NCBI GenBank assembly: GCA_030838385.1 | Contig: JAUTWX010000158.1 | Location: forward strand, 1 to 44,064 | Reading direction: 5' to 3' | From: Acidobacteriaceae bacterium | Lineage (GTDB): Bacteria > Acidobacteriota > Terriglobia > Terriglobales > Acidobacteriaceae | DNA length: 44,064 nucleotides | Shown here: positions 18,458 through 28,178 of the stretch, in pieces | Numbering within the stretch: the stretch's first letter is position 1 | Layout of the letters: every line of letters starts with the position of its first letter | Program-made: the position numbers and the translations under genes | The notes under the pieces: model-generated | Database searches by the model: none | Seen by the model: the letters and a program-made list of their open reading frames with translations, nothing else | Told to the model about the DNA's origin: nothing

Positions 18458-18732
18458 AGCCCGGAATCGTCCTCGTTTCCATCGCGTTCGCGCTTCGACC
18501 CAAAATAGTAGCCGATTACGACGAACACGATATTGAGGAGTCCATTTGCGAACTCGTACTTCTCGCGTATCGCTACGACATAACACAAGGTAGCGACAAG
18601 CAGTATCGCAATGACTGAAGCCGCATTGTTCTTGTCGGCAAAAAAATCGCCTATCAAAGCCTTGAGAATGCTTCGGCCGAAGACTTTTCGCCACCAACTT
18701 CTTTCGTCGTAATCTGCCACGATCCCGCCCAC
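18454..18732 (-). CDS. Small two-TM hypothetical membrane protein
   Basis: Two hydrophobic helices, the second ending in VIGYYFGS, then a charged tail. Confidence 0.6.
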   Translation of the reverse strand: MGGIVADYDERSWWRKVFGRSILKALIGDFFADKNNAASVIAILLVATLCYVVAIREKYEFANGLLNIVFVVIGYYFGSKRERDGNEDDSGL

Positions 18733-18850
18733 CTCGCCATTACTCAGACATGATTGTATGGCCTGAATCAGATCGCTTTCTTACGCCCTTTCGGGTCGAC
18801 GATAAGACTGATGTTTGCCTCAATCGTCGGGCGAGGCCGCTTGGCTTGAA

Positions 18851-19759
18851 TCAGCGCTTCTGGTCCAGCTCGGCGGCGGTGCCGGCTCCTATTACGGCTA
18901 TCTCGGGGGTTTCCGGGATGCTTTCTACGGAGTAGCTCTGCAGCGGGCTCATCTTCACCATGTCCCAGAGGTATTGGTTGAGCAGGGCGAGATCGAGGAA
19001 GCCGATGTTCAGGCCGGTGATGTAGAAGCGGCCGGGGCCTTCGAGATGAATGGACGTAGCGGTGCCGGCGGCGAGCGCGCGGTGCCAGCGTTTCACGAAG
19101 TCGGCGCAGCGCTGGTCGCCGGCTTTTCCGTTGGCGAAGATCTCTTCCGGCTCCATGTCCATGAAGCGGAGGCGCATGGCGCGATGGCCCATGATGCCTT
19201 CGAGGTGTCCGACGCCGCCGCAGCCGCAGAAGGTTTCCTTGGAATCGAGCGAGACGACGGTGTGACCGCCTTCGAAAGGGCCGGGCGCGTCGGGATAGCG
19301 GCCGAAGCCGATGCCGTTGCCGAGCGTCCAGACGCGGACGACTTTGTCGAGCTGATTGCGAGTGGCGGCGAGGCCGGCGGCGGAGGCATCCGCATCGTTG
19401 AAGAGCGAAATGGGTGCCCGAATACCGCGCGCATGCAGTACGGCTTCTACCTTCTGCGAGATCCTTGCGCCTTTGAGCTGCCCGAGGTTGGGTGAGTCCT
19501 CAACGACGCCCGCGCGCACGATGCCGGGCAGCGCGATACCGATGGCGTCTAAGTTGTCAGCCTCGGCATGTCCTTCAGGCTTCAGCGCCATGATGTGGTC
19601 GCAGATGACTTCGACCAGTGGATCGGTGGGCAGGTCGACGAGGCCGTGCAGCTCATCCGGGTCCTCAGGATAGCGGCGCAGCTTGCCGATGAGCCGATGA
19701 TCCTCGATCAGGCCGGCGGTGATGTCGTTCGTCATGACCACGCCGATGCTTCTGCCCAT
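18851..19759 (-). CDS. ROK-family protein (atypical)
   Basis: IGIALPG, SPNL, NDADA, TLGNGIGFG, EGGH...CGCGGVGHLE; GGAG SD before ATG 19759. Confidence 0.85.
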   Translation of the reverse strand: MGRSIGVVMTNDITAGLIEDHRLIGKLRRYPEDPDELHGLVDLPTDPLVEVICDHIMALKPEGHAEADNLDAIGIALPGIVRAGVVEDSPNLGQLKGARISQKVEAVLHARGIRAPISLFNDADASAAGLAATRNQLDKVVRVWTLGNGIGFGRYPDAPGPFEGGHTVVSLDSKETFCGCGGVGHLEGIMGHRAMRLRFMDMEPEEIFANGKAGDQRCADFVKRWHRALAAGTATSIHLEGPGRFYITGLNIGFLDLALLNQYLWDMVKMSPLQSYSVESIPETPEIAVIGAGTAAELDQKR

Positions 19760-19814
19760 AATCTCCACTTCCCCTGTTTCTCTTGCGTATCCGTTTACCG
19801 CGTTACCGCGCAGT

Positions 19815-19840
19815 GCAGCTTTTCTTGACTGAAAAGCTGC
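19815..19840. repeat. Stem-loop repeat GCAGCTTTTC-TTGACT-GAAAAGCTGC
   Basis: Perfect 10-bp stem; homologous copies at 22616-22641, 30816-30841 and 31887-31912. Confidence 0.7.
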
Positions 19841-19918
19841 GTCGAGATCCCTTCTTCGGTTTACATCGACAGGGGAAGTGGCTCCCCTTCCCCTATTACA
19901 GAGTCCTATCGATGCCCT

Positions 19919-21322
19919 TCAGTTGCCATCTGCGCTGCGGCCCAGACGGTTGATGCCGTTATACGCCGCCGTTTTGTAGCACTCGGCCAGCGTGGGATAG
20001 TTGAACACCGTATCGACGAAGTAGTCGAGCGTGCCGCCGAGCGCCATGACGGCCTGCCCGATGTGGAGGAGCTCGCTGGCGCCTTCGCCGATGATGTGGA
20101 CGCCGAGCAGGTGGCGCGTCTCGCGATGAAAGACGATTTTGAGCCGGCCCGTGGTGTCGCCGCGAATCTGGCCGCGGGCGATCTCGCGATAGTAGGCGAC
20201 GCCGACTTCGTAGGGGACGTCTTCATCGGTGAGCTGCTCTTCCGTCTTGCCGATGAAGGAGATCTCCGGGATGGTGTAGATGCCGTAGGGATAGAAGCTG
20301 GGGTTCGACTGCACGGCGTTATCACCCAGGGCACGAGCGGCGGCGATGCGGCCCTGCTCCATGGATACCGAGGCGAGCGAGGGGAAGCCGATGACGTCGC
20401 CGACGGCGAAGATGCTAGGCGTCTTGGTGCGGTAATCCTTATCGACGGGGATGCGGCCGCGGGCGTCGGCTTCGATGCCGGCGTTGGCGAGATTGAGAGC
20501 TTCCACGTTTCCGGAGCGGCCAACGGCGTAGAGCAGCGCATCGCCCTGGATGCGCTTTTTGCTTTCGAGATGCGCGGCCACGCCGCCCTCGGGCAGCTCT
20601 TCAACGCTGTCCACCTCTTCACCGAGCCGCATGGTGACGCGGCTGTCGCGCAGGTGATAGCTGAGCGATTCGATGATCTCCTGGTCGGCGAATTCGAGCA
20701 GGCGCGCGCGCTTTTCAATGAGGGTGACGCGGATGCCGAGCGCGGCGAACATGGAGGTGTACTCGACGCCGATGACGCCGCCGCCGACCACGATGATGGT
20801 CTTGGGCAAGGTAGGCAGGTTGAGCACCTGGTCGCTGTTGACAATGTTGCGGCCGTTGATGGGGACTTTGGGCGAGAAGGCAGGCTGGGTACCGACGGCG
20901 ATGACGACGTTCTTGGTCTCATAGACCGTCGAGCTGCCTTCACCGGCGACGCGGATATGGGTGGGGTCGTCGAAGCTGCCGACGCCGTAGAGGACATCGA
21001 CGCCGTTGCGTGAGAGCTGGGCCTCGGTGACATCGACTTCGGTCTTGATGACGTGCTGAACGCGGAAGGCGAGATCGGCCATGGTGATCCGCTCCTTCAC
21101 GCGATAGTTCATGCCGTAGATGGAGCGGTAGTTGTAGCCGGAGAGGTGGAGGACGGCCTCGCGCATGGTCTTGGAGGGGATGGTGCCCGTGTTGATACAG
21201 ACGCCGCCAACCGAGCGCATGCGCTCGACCACCGCCACCTTCTTTCCCTGCTTGGTTGCGTAGATAGCGCCACGCTGTCCAGCCGGCCCCGATCCGATGA
21301 TGATGATGTCGTAGTTAGGCAT
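19919..21322 (-). CDS. sthA: Soluble pyridine nucleotide transhydrogenase
   Basis: YDIIIIGSGPAG, GGVCINTGTIPSK (no redox-active CxxxxC), GGGVIGVEY, GDVIGFPSLAS.SMEQGR, FNYPTLAECYK. Confidence 0.92.
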   Translation of the reverse strand: MPNYDIIIIGSGPAGQRGAIYATKQGKKVAVVERMRSVGGVCINTGTIPSKTMREAVLHLSGYNYRSIYGMNYRVKERITMADLAFRVQHVIKTEVDVTEAQLSRNGVDVLYGVGSFDDPTHIRVAGEGSSTVYETKNVVIAVGTQPAFSPKVPINGRNIVNSDQVLNLPTLPKTIIVVGGGVIGVEYTSMFAALGIRVTLIEKRARLLEFADQEIIESLSYHLRDSRVTMRLGEEVDSVEELPEGGVAAHLESKKRIQGDALLYAVGRSGNVEALNLANAGIEADARGRIPVDKDYRTKTPSIFAVGDVIGFPSLASVSMEQGRIAAARALGDNAVQSNPSFYPYGIYTIPEISFIGKTEEQLTDEDVPYEVGVAYYREIARGQIRGDTTGRLKIVFHRETRHLLGVHIIGEGASELLHIGQAVMALGGTLDYFVDTVFNYPTLAECYKTAAYNGINRLGRSADGN

Positions 21323-21494
21323 GCTCAAAGCACAAGGGTATCGAAGTTTGCCGAACGGCGCACTGCAGCGCACAGATACGGTACTCCACCCGTGTTGCGA
21401 TTTGCTGCATCTTCCTTAATCGTGGCCGGATCTGAGCGGCCAGTCTTCGGGAAGCGCCGGGAAAGTCTGTAGGCGGATAGGTAGAATGTCGGCC

Positions 21495-21869
21495 ATGTCG
21501 AAGGAACGGGAGTGGCCGGATGACCTGGACGCCTTGCAGGCCGCGCCGCGACATCACACGCTCCTGTTCGAGAACGAACTGGTGCGTGTTCTGGATACCA
21601 CCGTCCTGGCGGGAGAAACGGTCCCGCTGCACACGCACCGCTGGCCGGCGGCCGTGTACATCCTGGGCTGGAGCCACTTTGTGCGCCGCGATGGTGATGG
21701 GTCCACTATGGTCGACAGCCGGCTAGGTGGGAAGCCGTCGGAGGGCATTGCGCTCTGGTCCGGGCCGCTGCCGCCGCACACGCTGGAAAATGTCGGCGGG
21801 TCAGAACTCCGGGTCATCAGCGTGGAGCTGAAGAGCGCTGGTATTTCGGTTCCTTCTGAATGCTGCTGA
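21495..21869 (+). CDS. Small cupin-fold protein
   Basis: LLFENELVRVLD...GE..PLHTHRWP...HTLENVG...VELK. Confidence 0.8.
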   Translation: MSKEREWPDDLDALQAAPRHHTLLFENELVRVLDTTVLAGETVPLHTHRWPAAVYILGWSHFVRRDGDGSTMVDSRLGGKPSEGIALWSGPLPPHTLENVGGSELRVISVELKSAGISVPSECC

Positions 21870-21919
21870 GATTGACTGCGTATTCAACGTTCCGATGGGG
21901 ATGCCGTTAGACTTTCGGC

Positions 21920-22573
21920 ATGCGCCTTTATGCCATTACCGATCGCCGGCTGCTGCCGGGTACACATGAAGCTGGGCGGCTAAGCGTGGCCGAGCGCGAT
22001 GCGCTGGTGCGGCTGGCGGCGGAATGGGCAGCGGGTGGCGTGGAGTATGTGCAGTTGCGTGAGAAGGATCTGGGGGAGCGGGAGTTGACGGAACTGGCGG
22101 CGGCGATGCTGGCCGCAATGCGGGATTGCGGTTCGGGCGCATGCTCGCGGCTGCTGGTAAATGCGGGTGCGGTGGGCGCGGCAGAGGCGATGCGCACCGT
22201 GCGCGCGGCGGGCGTTCATCTGCCAGGCAGGTGGAGTGCGGAGCAGGTGGGGCGGGCGCGCATCGGGGGTATGGTGTCAGTGGGATGCCATTCGGTGGGC
22301 GAGGTGGCGGTGGCGCGGGCGGCAGGCGCGGACATCGCGCTGCTGTCGCCGGTGTTTGCGACGGAGAGCCATCCGGAGGCACGGCCGCTGGGCCTGGAGG
22401 CGCTGGCTGCGGCGTGCCGGACGGCGGGAAGGATGCCGGTGTATGCGTTGGGTGGCGTCAACGCGGAGAACGCAGCTTCGTGCATCGAGGCAGGCGCCGT
22501 GGGTGTGGCGGGGATTCGGATGTTTCTGGGCGAAGGCTGGAGGGCGATTCAGGAGGAGGAGGCACCCGGCTAG
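21920..22573 (+). CDS. thiE: Thiamine phosphate synthase family protein (ThiE/TenI)
   Basis: LYAITD, VQLREKD, GVHL, CHS..E, SPVFAT.SH, PVYALGGV; could be a TenI-like paralogue. Confidence 0.75.
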   Translation: MRLYAITDRRLLPGTHEAGRLSVAERDALVRLAAEWAAGGVEYVQLREKDLGERELTELAAAMLAAMRDCGSGACSRLLVNAGAVGAAEAMRTVRAAGVHLPGRWSAEQVGRARIGGMVSVGCHSVGEVAVARAAGADIALLSPVFATESHPEARPLGLEALAAACRTAGRMPVYALGGVNAENAASCIEAGAVGVAGIRMFLGEGWRAIQEEEAPG

Positions 22574-22686
22574 AGCATTCTTGCTGTAGATGTATAAAAG
22601 AGCGCAGCTATCCGCGTGGCTTTTCCGTCAAGAAAAGCCACACTTCGCGGAGGCTGGCCGTACTCAGTAGCGGTGAAAAGGCTCTA
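22571..22686 (+). mobile_element. 116-bp MITE-like repeat, copy A
   Basis: Ends TAGAGC...GCTCTA; internal 10-bp hairpin; about 84% identical (hand alignment) to the reverse complement of 30771-30886; starts at the thiE stop codon. Confidence 0.75.
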
Positions 22687-22741
22687 GAAGGTGCCTCCGC
22701 TCTTGAGCTGATTTCCTGGGGCTGATTCTCTGGAAGCGGCC

Positions 22742-23932
22742 TCAGGCTGCCTTTGCTGCCCAGGGATCGATCACGATCTTGGTGACGGCCTCGCGCTTAT
22801 CGCGCCACACCTTGTACATCTCCGGAGCTTCATCCAGCGTGATGCGGTGGGAGATGATGTAGCTGGGATCGATCTGACCTTTCTCGATGCGCTCGAGCAG
22901 CGGCTTCATATAGGTGTGCATGTTGGTCTGGCCCATCTTCATGGTGATGCCCTTGCCGAAGGCCGCGCCGAAGGGGACTTTGTCCAGCAGGCCGCCGTAG
23001 ACGCCGGGGATGGAGAGGGTGCCCCCCTTGCGCACGGCCATGATGGCCTGCCGCAGGACGCTGGGACGATCCGTTTCGAGCATCAAAGCGGTTTTGATCT
23101 TGTCGTACACATGTTGCATATCGGCGGAGTGAGACTCCAGGCCAACGGCGTCGATGCAGGAGTCCGGGCCGGCATTTCCGGTGAGATCTTTCAACGCGGT
23201 GAGGACACTGGTGTCTTCGTCGTCGTAATTGACGGTGATGGCGCCGATCGATCTTGCCAGCTCGAGCCGCTCGGGAAGGCGATCGATGGCGATGACGCGT
23301 GCCGCGCCGAGCATGAACGCGCTGGCGATGGCGAACTGGCCGACCGGACCGCATCCCCAGACGGCAACGGTGTCGCCCGCCTCGATCTGCGCGTTCTCCG
23401 CAGCCATGTAGCCGGTGGGGAAGATGTCGGAGAGGAAGAGCACTTTCTCGTCCGGCAGATCGCTTTCGATCTTGAGCGGCCCGACGTTTGCGAAGGGCAC
23501 GCGGACATATTGCGCCTGTCCGCCGGCATAGCCTCCCATCATGTGCGAGTAGCCGAAGAGGCCGGATCCGGAGTAGCCGTAGGCTTTCTCCATGAGGTGC
23601 GCGTTGGGGTTGGAGTTATCGCAGGCTGCCCAGATCTTCTTTTTGCAGAAGAGACAGTTGCCGCACGCGATGGTGAACGGTACAACGACGCGGTCCCCGG
23701 GCTTGAGATTGCTGACGGCTTTGCCGACCTCCTCGACGATGCCCATGAACTCGTGACCGAGGATGTCGCCGGCCTCCATGGTGGGGATGAAGCCATCGAA
23801 GAGGTGCAGATCCGAGCCGCAGATAGCGGTGCGGGTCACCTTGATGATCGCGTCATGCGGGTTCAGGAGGGTTGGATCCGGCACCTCCAACGTTTCAAGT
23901 TTGCTGGTTCCCATCCAACATACGGCCTTCAT
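22742..23932 (-). CDS. Zinc-dependent alcohol/formaldehyde dehydrogenase (MDR, FDH-like)
   Basis: [21 protein letters not shown]...[17 protein letters not shown]. Confidence 0.92.
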   Translation of the reverse strand: MKAVCWMGTSKLETLEVPDPTLLNPHDAIIKVTRTAICGSDLHLFDGFIPTMEAGDILGHEFMGIVEEVGKAVSNLKPGDRVVVPFTIACGNCLFCKKKIWAACDNSNPNAHLMEKAYGYSGSGLFGYSHMMGGYAGGQAQYVRVPFANVGPLKIESDLPDEKVLFLSDIFPTGYMAAENAQIEAGDTVAVWGCGPVGQFAIASAFMLGAARVIAIDRLPERLELARSIGAITVNYDDEDTSVLTALKDLTGNAGPDSCIDAVGLESHSADMQHVYDKIKTALMLETDRPSVLRQAIMAVRKGGTLSIPGVYGGLLDKVPFGAAFGKGITMKMGQTNMHTYMKPLLERIEKGQIDPSYIISHRITLDEAPEMYKVWRDKREAVTKIVIDPWAAKAA

Positions 23933-23998
23933 AACTCGTCTCCATTCCTGGTGTGCAGAGCCTTGTTGCGTCGCAAGCACTCGGGCTTGATGCGTGGT

Positions 23999-24648
23999 CT
24001 AGCTGACTTTGCGTTCGGACGCGGGCGGGGTCTTATTTTTTCGCCGTAGGCAGATGCCTTCATGCTGCCGACCACCCCTCTCGGTCCGTGCGGCTGCCCT
24101 TGCGTGCGCGGAATCTCGCCGGTCTCGGCGAAGGCTTTGAAGTGGCGAAGATTTTCGACCACCGCCTGCTTGGGATTTCTGCCGGTCAGGGTCTCCCACG
24201 CGCTGGCGAGCTTGCCCATGCGAAACTCCTGCAGGACAGTGACGATGGTTCCGCGGCCGCCGGGAGCGGCTTCGAAGATCACCTCGCCGGCGTTGTCTGA
24301 ATTGGCGCCGGTGGAGCGTCAGGCGATGCGCTTGCCGGGCTCTTCGTTGAGAATCTCAGAGTCCCACTCGATGGTCTTGTCGCCGGAGGTCATGACCCAG
24401 TGCGAGGTCATCGGTCCGGTGCGGACTACTTCGCGGATCTGTTCCTGCCACAACGGGGCCGACTCGATGTCGCGCCACATGGTGTAGAGGTCCTCTGCGC
24501 TGGCTTGAACGAGCGCACTCGTCCGTATCCATTGCTTGCCGTCCTTGTCTTCCGGCGGGGGAAGATAGTGGCCATTCTGGATGACCGCGGAGGTTGCGGC
24601 CTTGGGTAGCTCTTCGAAATTTGGGCGCTCTTTCAATGCATTCGCCAT
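23999..24648 (-). pseudogene. SRPBCC/polyketide-cyclase-like protein with an internal stop
   Basis: ORFs 24319..24648 and 23929..24282 share a frame, separated by TGA in KRIA*RS (family motif IAWRS); LRHFKAFAETGEIP; probable extra frameshift near 24035. Confidence 0.8.
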
Positions 24649-24675
24649 GGTGGTTCTCCCGAGGTTTGTTGACGG

Positions 24676-25449
24676 TTACTTGTTTGGCCTGGCCATCTTC
24701 TCGTGCATGGCGCCCTTGACCGCGCCGGGTGTTGCGTTGGCGAGCATGCCCTCTGCCTTGGTCTTCATCGATGCGGAGTACGTGGTCCTTCCCATCCAAC
24801 AGGGCATCGATACCTTCTCTTGCAACGTCGTCGGGCTGGCTCTCAGATTTTCCCTTGGTGCCGACCTGGGTGTTGTCCATGCCGGCGCGGTGAAAGAAAT
24901 CCGTATCCGTGGGGCCGGGCTGCAATGCGGTGACGGTGACGCCGCTGTCGCGCAATTCGTAACGAAGACTGTGCGCGAAAGAGAGCACGAAAGCCTTGGT
25001 GGCGGCATAGACGGCCTCGCGGGGCGCGACCATTTCTCCGGCGATGGAGGAGGTAAACAGGATTCCGCCTTCGCCACGATCGGTCATGCTCTGAACGACA
25101 TATTTCGCGAGCTGCACCGTGCCCAGGCAATTGAGACGGATCATGTTCAGCTCAGCGTTGAGATTTGTCTCAACAAAGAGTCCGCCGACGCCGACTCCGG
25201 CATTCAGGCAGGCAATCGCGAGGGGCCGGCCGAGGTCCTGGACTTCGGCCCAGAGCTGGTCTACTCCTTCCCGGGTGGCGAGGTCTGCGTTGACGTCCGT
25301 AACTGATGTTCCCGCCGCGCGAATCGCTTCGGCGGCCGCCGGCAGGCGATCTCCTTCCGAGCAGACGACCAGATCGTAACCGCGGCTGGCCAGATCCTTC
25401 GCCAGGGAAAAGCCGATGCGCCAGTCACCAATGCAAGTTGTCCAGCCAT
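24676..25449 (-). pseudogene. Short-chain dehydrogenase/reductase with two frameshifts
   Basis: N-terminus LALVTGAS in one frame; IGFSLA...NAGVG...YAATK...PGPTDT in another; C-terminus YSASMKTK...HEKMARPNK back in the first frame. Confidence 0.85.
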
Positions 25450-25684
25450 TTCCATTCACTCCAGTCCGCGCCCGTCGTCCAGGCGCACCTGAGATGGGCC
25501 GCAGATGCCGGAGAGATGTGCGACCCGATTTTCGTTCTGATGCGGTCACAATTCATTTGCGGGGACTGGCCGGGCGGCTTCCAGGCGGGTTCGCGACTGC
25601 GCTGGCTGTCATTCGCGGAGCCGCTCAGGACCGGCAAGCGGGCCGTTCCGAAAGGGCGGCAATGGGTCAGTTTGGATTCCACCT

Positions 25685-26038
25685 TCATATGCCGAGTCCG
25701 GCAGCCAACCACCACAGCATAACTACTGCGCCATTTGCTATGAGTAAGCCACGCGAAATCGCCCTTCCGGATATGGCGAGTACAACGCTAAGTAATCCGA
25801 GTCCAATCATCGACATGAAAAGGCCGTCAAGCGCTTTTGCTCTTATCGATATCCACATCATCCGTGAAGGAATAAGGGCCAAGAGCGATGCCGAGCTGAT
25901 CGTATTGGCGACGAGTGCAGTCATGAAGACCGTTCGTCTTCGGCTTGGCAGTTGCCCGCGATCATTGCGCTGAGTCCACCAAATCAAACCCGAGAGAAAA
26001 CAAGGGACTGCATGAATCGCGAGAAGTCGATAAAACAT
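25685..26038 (-). CDS. Hypothetical multi-TM membrane protein (lower GC)
   Basis: About four hydrophobic segments; GAGG SD before ATG 26038. Confidence 0.5.
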   Translation of the reverse strand: MFYRLLAIHAVPCFLSGLIWWTQRNDRGQLPSRRRTVFMTALVANTISSASLLALIPSRMMWISIRAKALDGLFMSMIGLGLLSVVLAISGRAISRGLLIANGAVVMLWWLAAGLGI

Positions 26039-26176
26039 CCGAACCTCAGAGCTAAGGATGGCCGTGTCATTGCTCGACGAGCGCCTCCAGGATAGGTCCC
26101 TTGTCAAACTGATCCACCACTCCGAAGGGCCGGCCGATGATTTTTTCATTCCGGTTTCGCTATGATGAAAAGCGTC

Positions 26177-26389
26177 ATGCCTTTTCCGATCAAAGTCTGC
26201 GCGATCTGCTCAGAAGAGTTTGAATTGAAGCCCGACAAGCCCGGATTTGCCAACCGCTGCCCGGAATGCAGCGCAATGGACGAGGCGGACGTAACTGCGA
26301 AGCGCGGCGCGAGCGAGAGCAAAGCTGACAGCGGCCTGAGCGAGGCGCGCAGGCACGCGATGCGCGATCTGCTGTATCGCAAGGAATAG
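26177..26389 (+). CDS. Small zinc-ribbon protein
   Basis: CAIC...CPEC; TATGAT -10-like hexamer upstream; co-oriented with the MFS gene. Confidence 0.7.
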   Translation: MPFPIKVCAICSEEFELKPDKPGFANRCPECSAMDEADVTAKRGASESKADSGLSEARRHAMRDLLYRKE

Positions 26390-26438
26390 GCAGCTTGCCA
26401 TCAGGAGACAATGATTTGGCGACGGGCCCGGATACGTT

Positions 26439-28034
26439 GTGAGCGCAGCCGCTGCCGTCGCCGATCCGGAATCCGTGTGGACGCCGCGGGTGAACCCGTG
26501 GCTGATTGCATTTGTGGTGTCGCTGGCGGCGTTCATGGAGGTGCTGGACACCAGCATCGCGAATGTCGCGCTGCCCCACATTGCCGGCAACCTGGGCGCG
26601 AGCAGCGACGAGAGCACGTGGGTGCTGACCTCGTACCTGGTCTCGAATGCTATCGTGCTGCCGATTACGGGATGGCTGGTCTCGCTGGTGGGGCGCAAGC
26701 GATTCTTCCTCATCTGCATCTCGCTGTTCACGGTGAGCTCGCTGTTCTGCGGCGTGGCGCCGACGCTGCCTTTCCTGCTGCTGGCGCGGGTGATCCAGGG
26801 TATCGGCGGCGGCGGATTGCAACCGATGGCGCAGGCCATTCTGGCCGACACCTTTCCGCCGAAGATGCGAGGGCTGGCCTTCTCGGTCTATGGAGTGACC
26901 GCTGTGGTGGCTCCTGCGATTGGACCGACGCTCGGCGGGTGGGTGACGGATAGCTATAGCTGGCGCTGGATTTTTCTGATGAATCTGCCGGTGGGCATTC
27001 TGGCGATTTTTCTGGTGCTGCGATATGTCGACGATCCGCCGTTTCTGAAGCGGACGACGCTGCATGAGAGCAAGATCGACTACTTCGGCTTTGGGCTGCT
27101 CGCGGTGGGCGTTGGTTTTCTGCAGATCGTTTTGGACAAGGGGCAGGAGGATGACTGGTTCGGATCGAATTTCATTCTGACGCTGTCCATCATTGCCGTG
27201 ATCGCTCTGGTTGCGCTGGTTTTGTGGGAGTTGCACGTCAAGACGCCGATTCTTGATCTTCGATTGTTCAAGAATGTGAATTTCGCCACGGCGAGCGTGA
27301 TGATGCTGATGGTGGGCGCGGCTTCGTTTTCGACGACAGTGCTGATGCCGCAATACTTGCAGACGCTGATGGGCTATACCGCGACGAGCGCGGGCATGGT
27401 GCTGTCCGTGGCCGCAGTTCTTCTGCTCATCGAGCTTCCGATGGTGGGTCAACTGACCGCGAGGATTCAGGCGCGCTATCTGATCGCCTTCGGCTGGGCC
27501 ACGCTGACGATTGCGATGTTTTATTCAACGCATCGGCTCGATCTTCAAATGAGCTTCGTGTCGGCGACATGGCTGCGCATTGCGCAGTATCTGCCGATGG
27601 GCTTCATCTTTATTCCGGCAACGATGGTGGCGTATCTGGGGCTGCCGCAGGAGAAGAGCAACGCGGTGGCCGGCCTGATCAACTTTGTGCGCAACATTGG
27701 CGCAAGCGCGGGCACCTCCGCGGTGACGACGATTCTGGCGAGGCGCGCGCAGGTGCACCAGGTGATGCTGGCGAATCATACCGGGCTGGGCAACCGGATG
27801 TTTCAGAGCTCGACCGGGTCGCTTGCCGGGCAACTGCGGCATGCCGGCGGCACGCAGGCACAGGCCGAGGCATACGGCCGGCTATATCGCGGGATGCTGA
27901 GCCAGGCCTCGACGCTCTCCTATATAGATACGTTCTGGCTGCTCGGAGTGACGACGGGGATCATGTTCTTTCTGTCATTTCTGCTGAGGAGCAACCATCC
28001 GCGCAAAGCGGATTCGCAGGCTATGGCTCACTGA
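26439..28034 (+). CDS. DHA2 (EmrB/QacA) MFS efflux permease
   Basis: FMEVLDTSIANVALP, WVLTSYL, GRKR, APAIGPTLGGW, SWRWIFLMNLPVG. Confidence 0.92.
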   Translation: MSAAAAVADPESVWTPRVNPWLIAFVVSLAAFMEVLDTSIANVALPHIAGNLGASSDESTWVLTSYLVSNAIVLPITGWLVSLVGRKRFFLICISLFTVSSLFCGVAPTLPFLLLARVIQGIGGGGLQPMAQAILADTFPPKMRGLAFSVYGVTAVVAPAIGPTLGGWVTDSYSWRWIFLMNLPVGILAIFLVLRYVDDPPFLKRTTLHESKIDYFGFGLLAVGVGFLQIVLDKGQEDDWFGSNFILTLSIIAVIALVALVLWELHVKTPILDLRLFKNVNFATASVMMLMVGAASFSTTVLMPQYLQTLMGYTATSAGMVLSVAAVLLLIELPMVGQLTARIQARYLIAFGWATLTIAMFYSTHRLDLQMSFVSATWLRIAQYLPMGFIFIPATMVAYLGLPQEKSNAVAGLINFVRNIGASAGTSAVTTILARRAQVHQVMLANHTGLGNRMFQSSTGSLAGQLRHAGGTQAQAEAYGRLYRGMLSQASTLSYIDTFWLLGVTTGIMFFLSFLLRSNHPRKADSQAMAH

Positions 28035-28137
28035 GAGTGCTGGCCGCACGGGCCGGACGCGCCTGCGGCGGGTTGGAAATGTCAAGTTTTCAGTCCTTAA
28101 ATGAGTGGGTTCGAATAGCGCTCGCATTTTCGCCCGC

Positions 28138-28174
28138 ATTAGGCTAGCCTAATTAACGGATTAGGTGCGTCTAA
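28138..28174. promoter_or_regulatory. Two tandem TTAGG-N4-(C/T)CTAA boxes (DtxR/MntR-like operator)
   Basis: Perfect 16-bp palindrome ATTAGGCTAGCCTAAT (28138-28153) and TTAGGTGCGTCTAA (28161-28174) directly before ATG 28179. Confidence 0.65.
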
Positions 28175-28178
28175 ATTT

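Noticed and set aside
19871-19894. Hairpin AGGGGAAG-N8-CTTCCCCT after sthA as an intrinsic terminator
   Set aside because: The stem is real but there is no U-tract on the minus strand, so terminator function is unsupported.
21870-21920. TPP riboswitch upstream of the thiE-like gene
   Set aside because: Only about 50 nt of intergenic space; a CTGAGA overlaps the cupin stop but the rest of the THI-box is absent, and the gene looks leaderless.
24319-24321. TGA recoding (Trp/Sec) or programmed readthrough in the SRPBCC gene
   Set aside because: TGA ends intact genes elsewhere in the window (RDD, dehydrogenase, fabD), the position is a Trp rather than a Cys site, and neighbouring lesions indicate decay.
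24356-25549. 397-aa ORF as an intact extended SDR
   Set aside because: Only its middle is SDR-like; the true N- and C-termini lie in another frame.
25500-25680. Possible riboswitch or ncRNA (GAAA-loop hairpin near 25642-25660)
   Set aside because: A single GC-rich hairpin with no recognisable aptamer consensus; an Infernal/Rfam scan would be needed.
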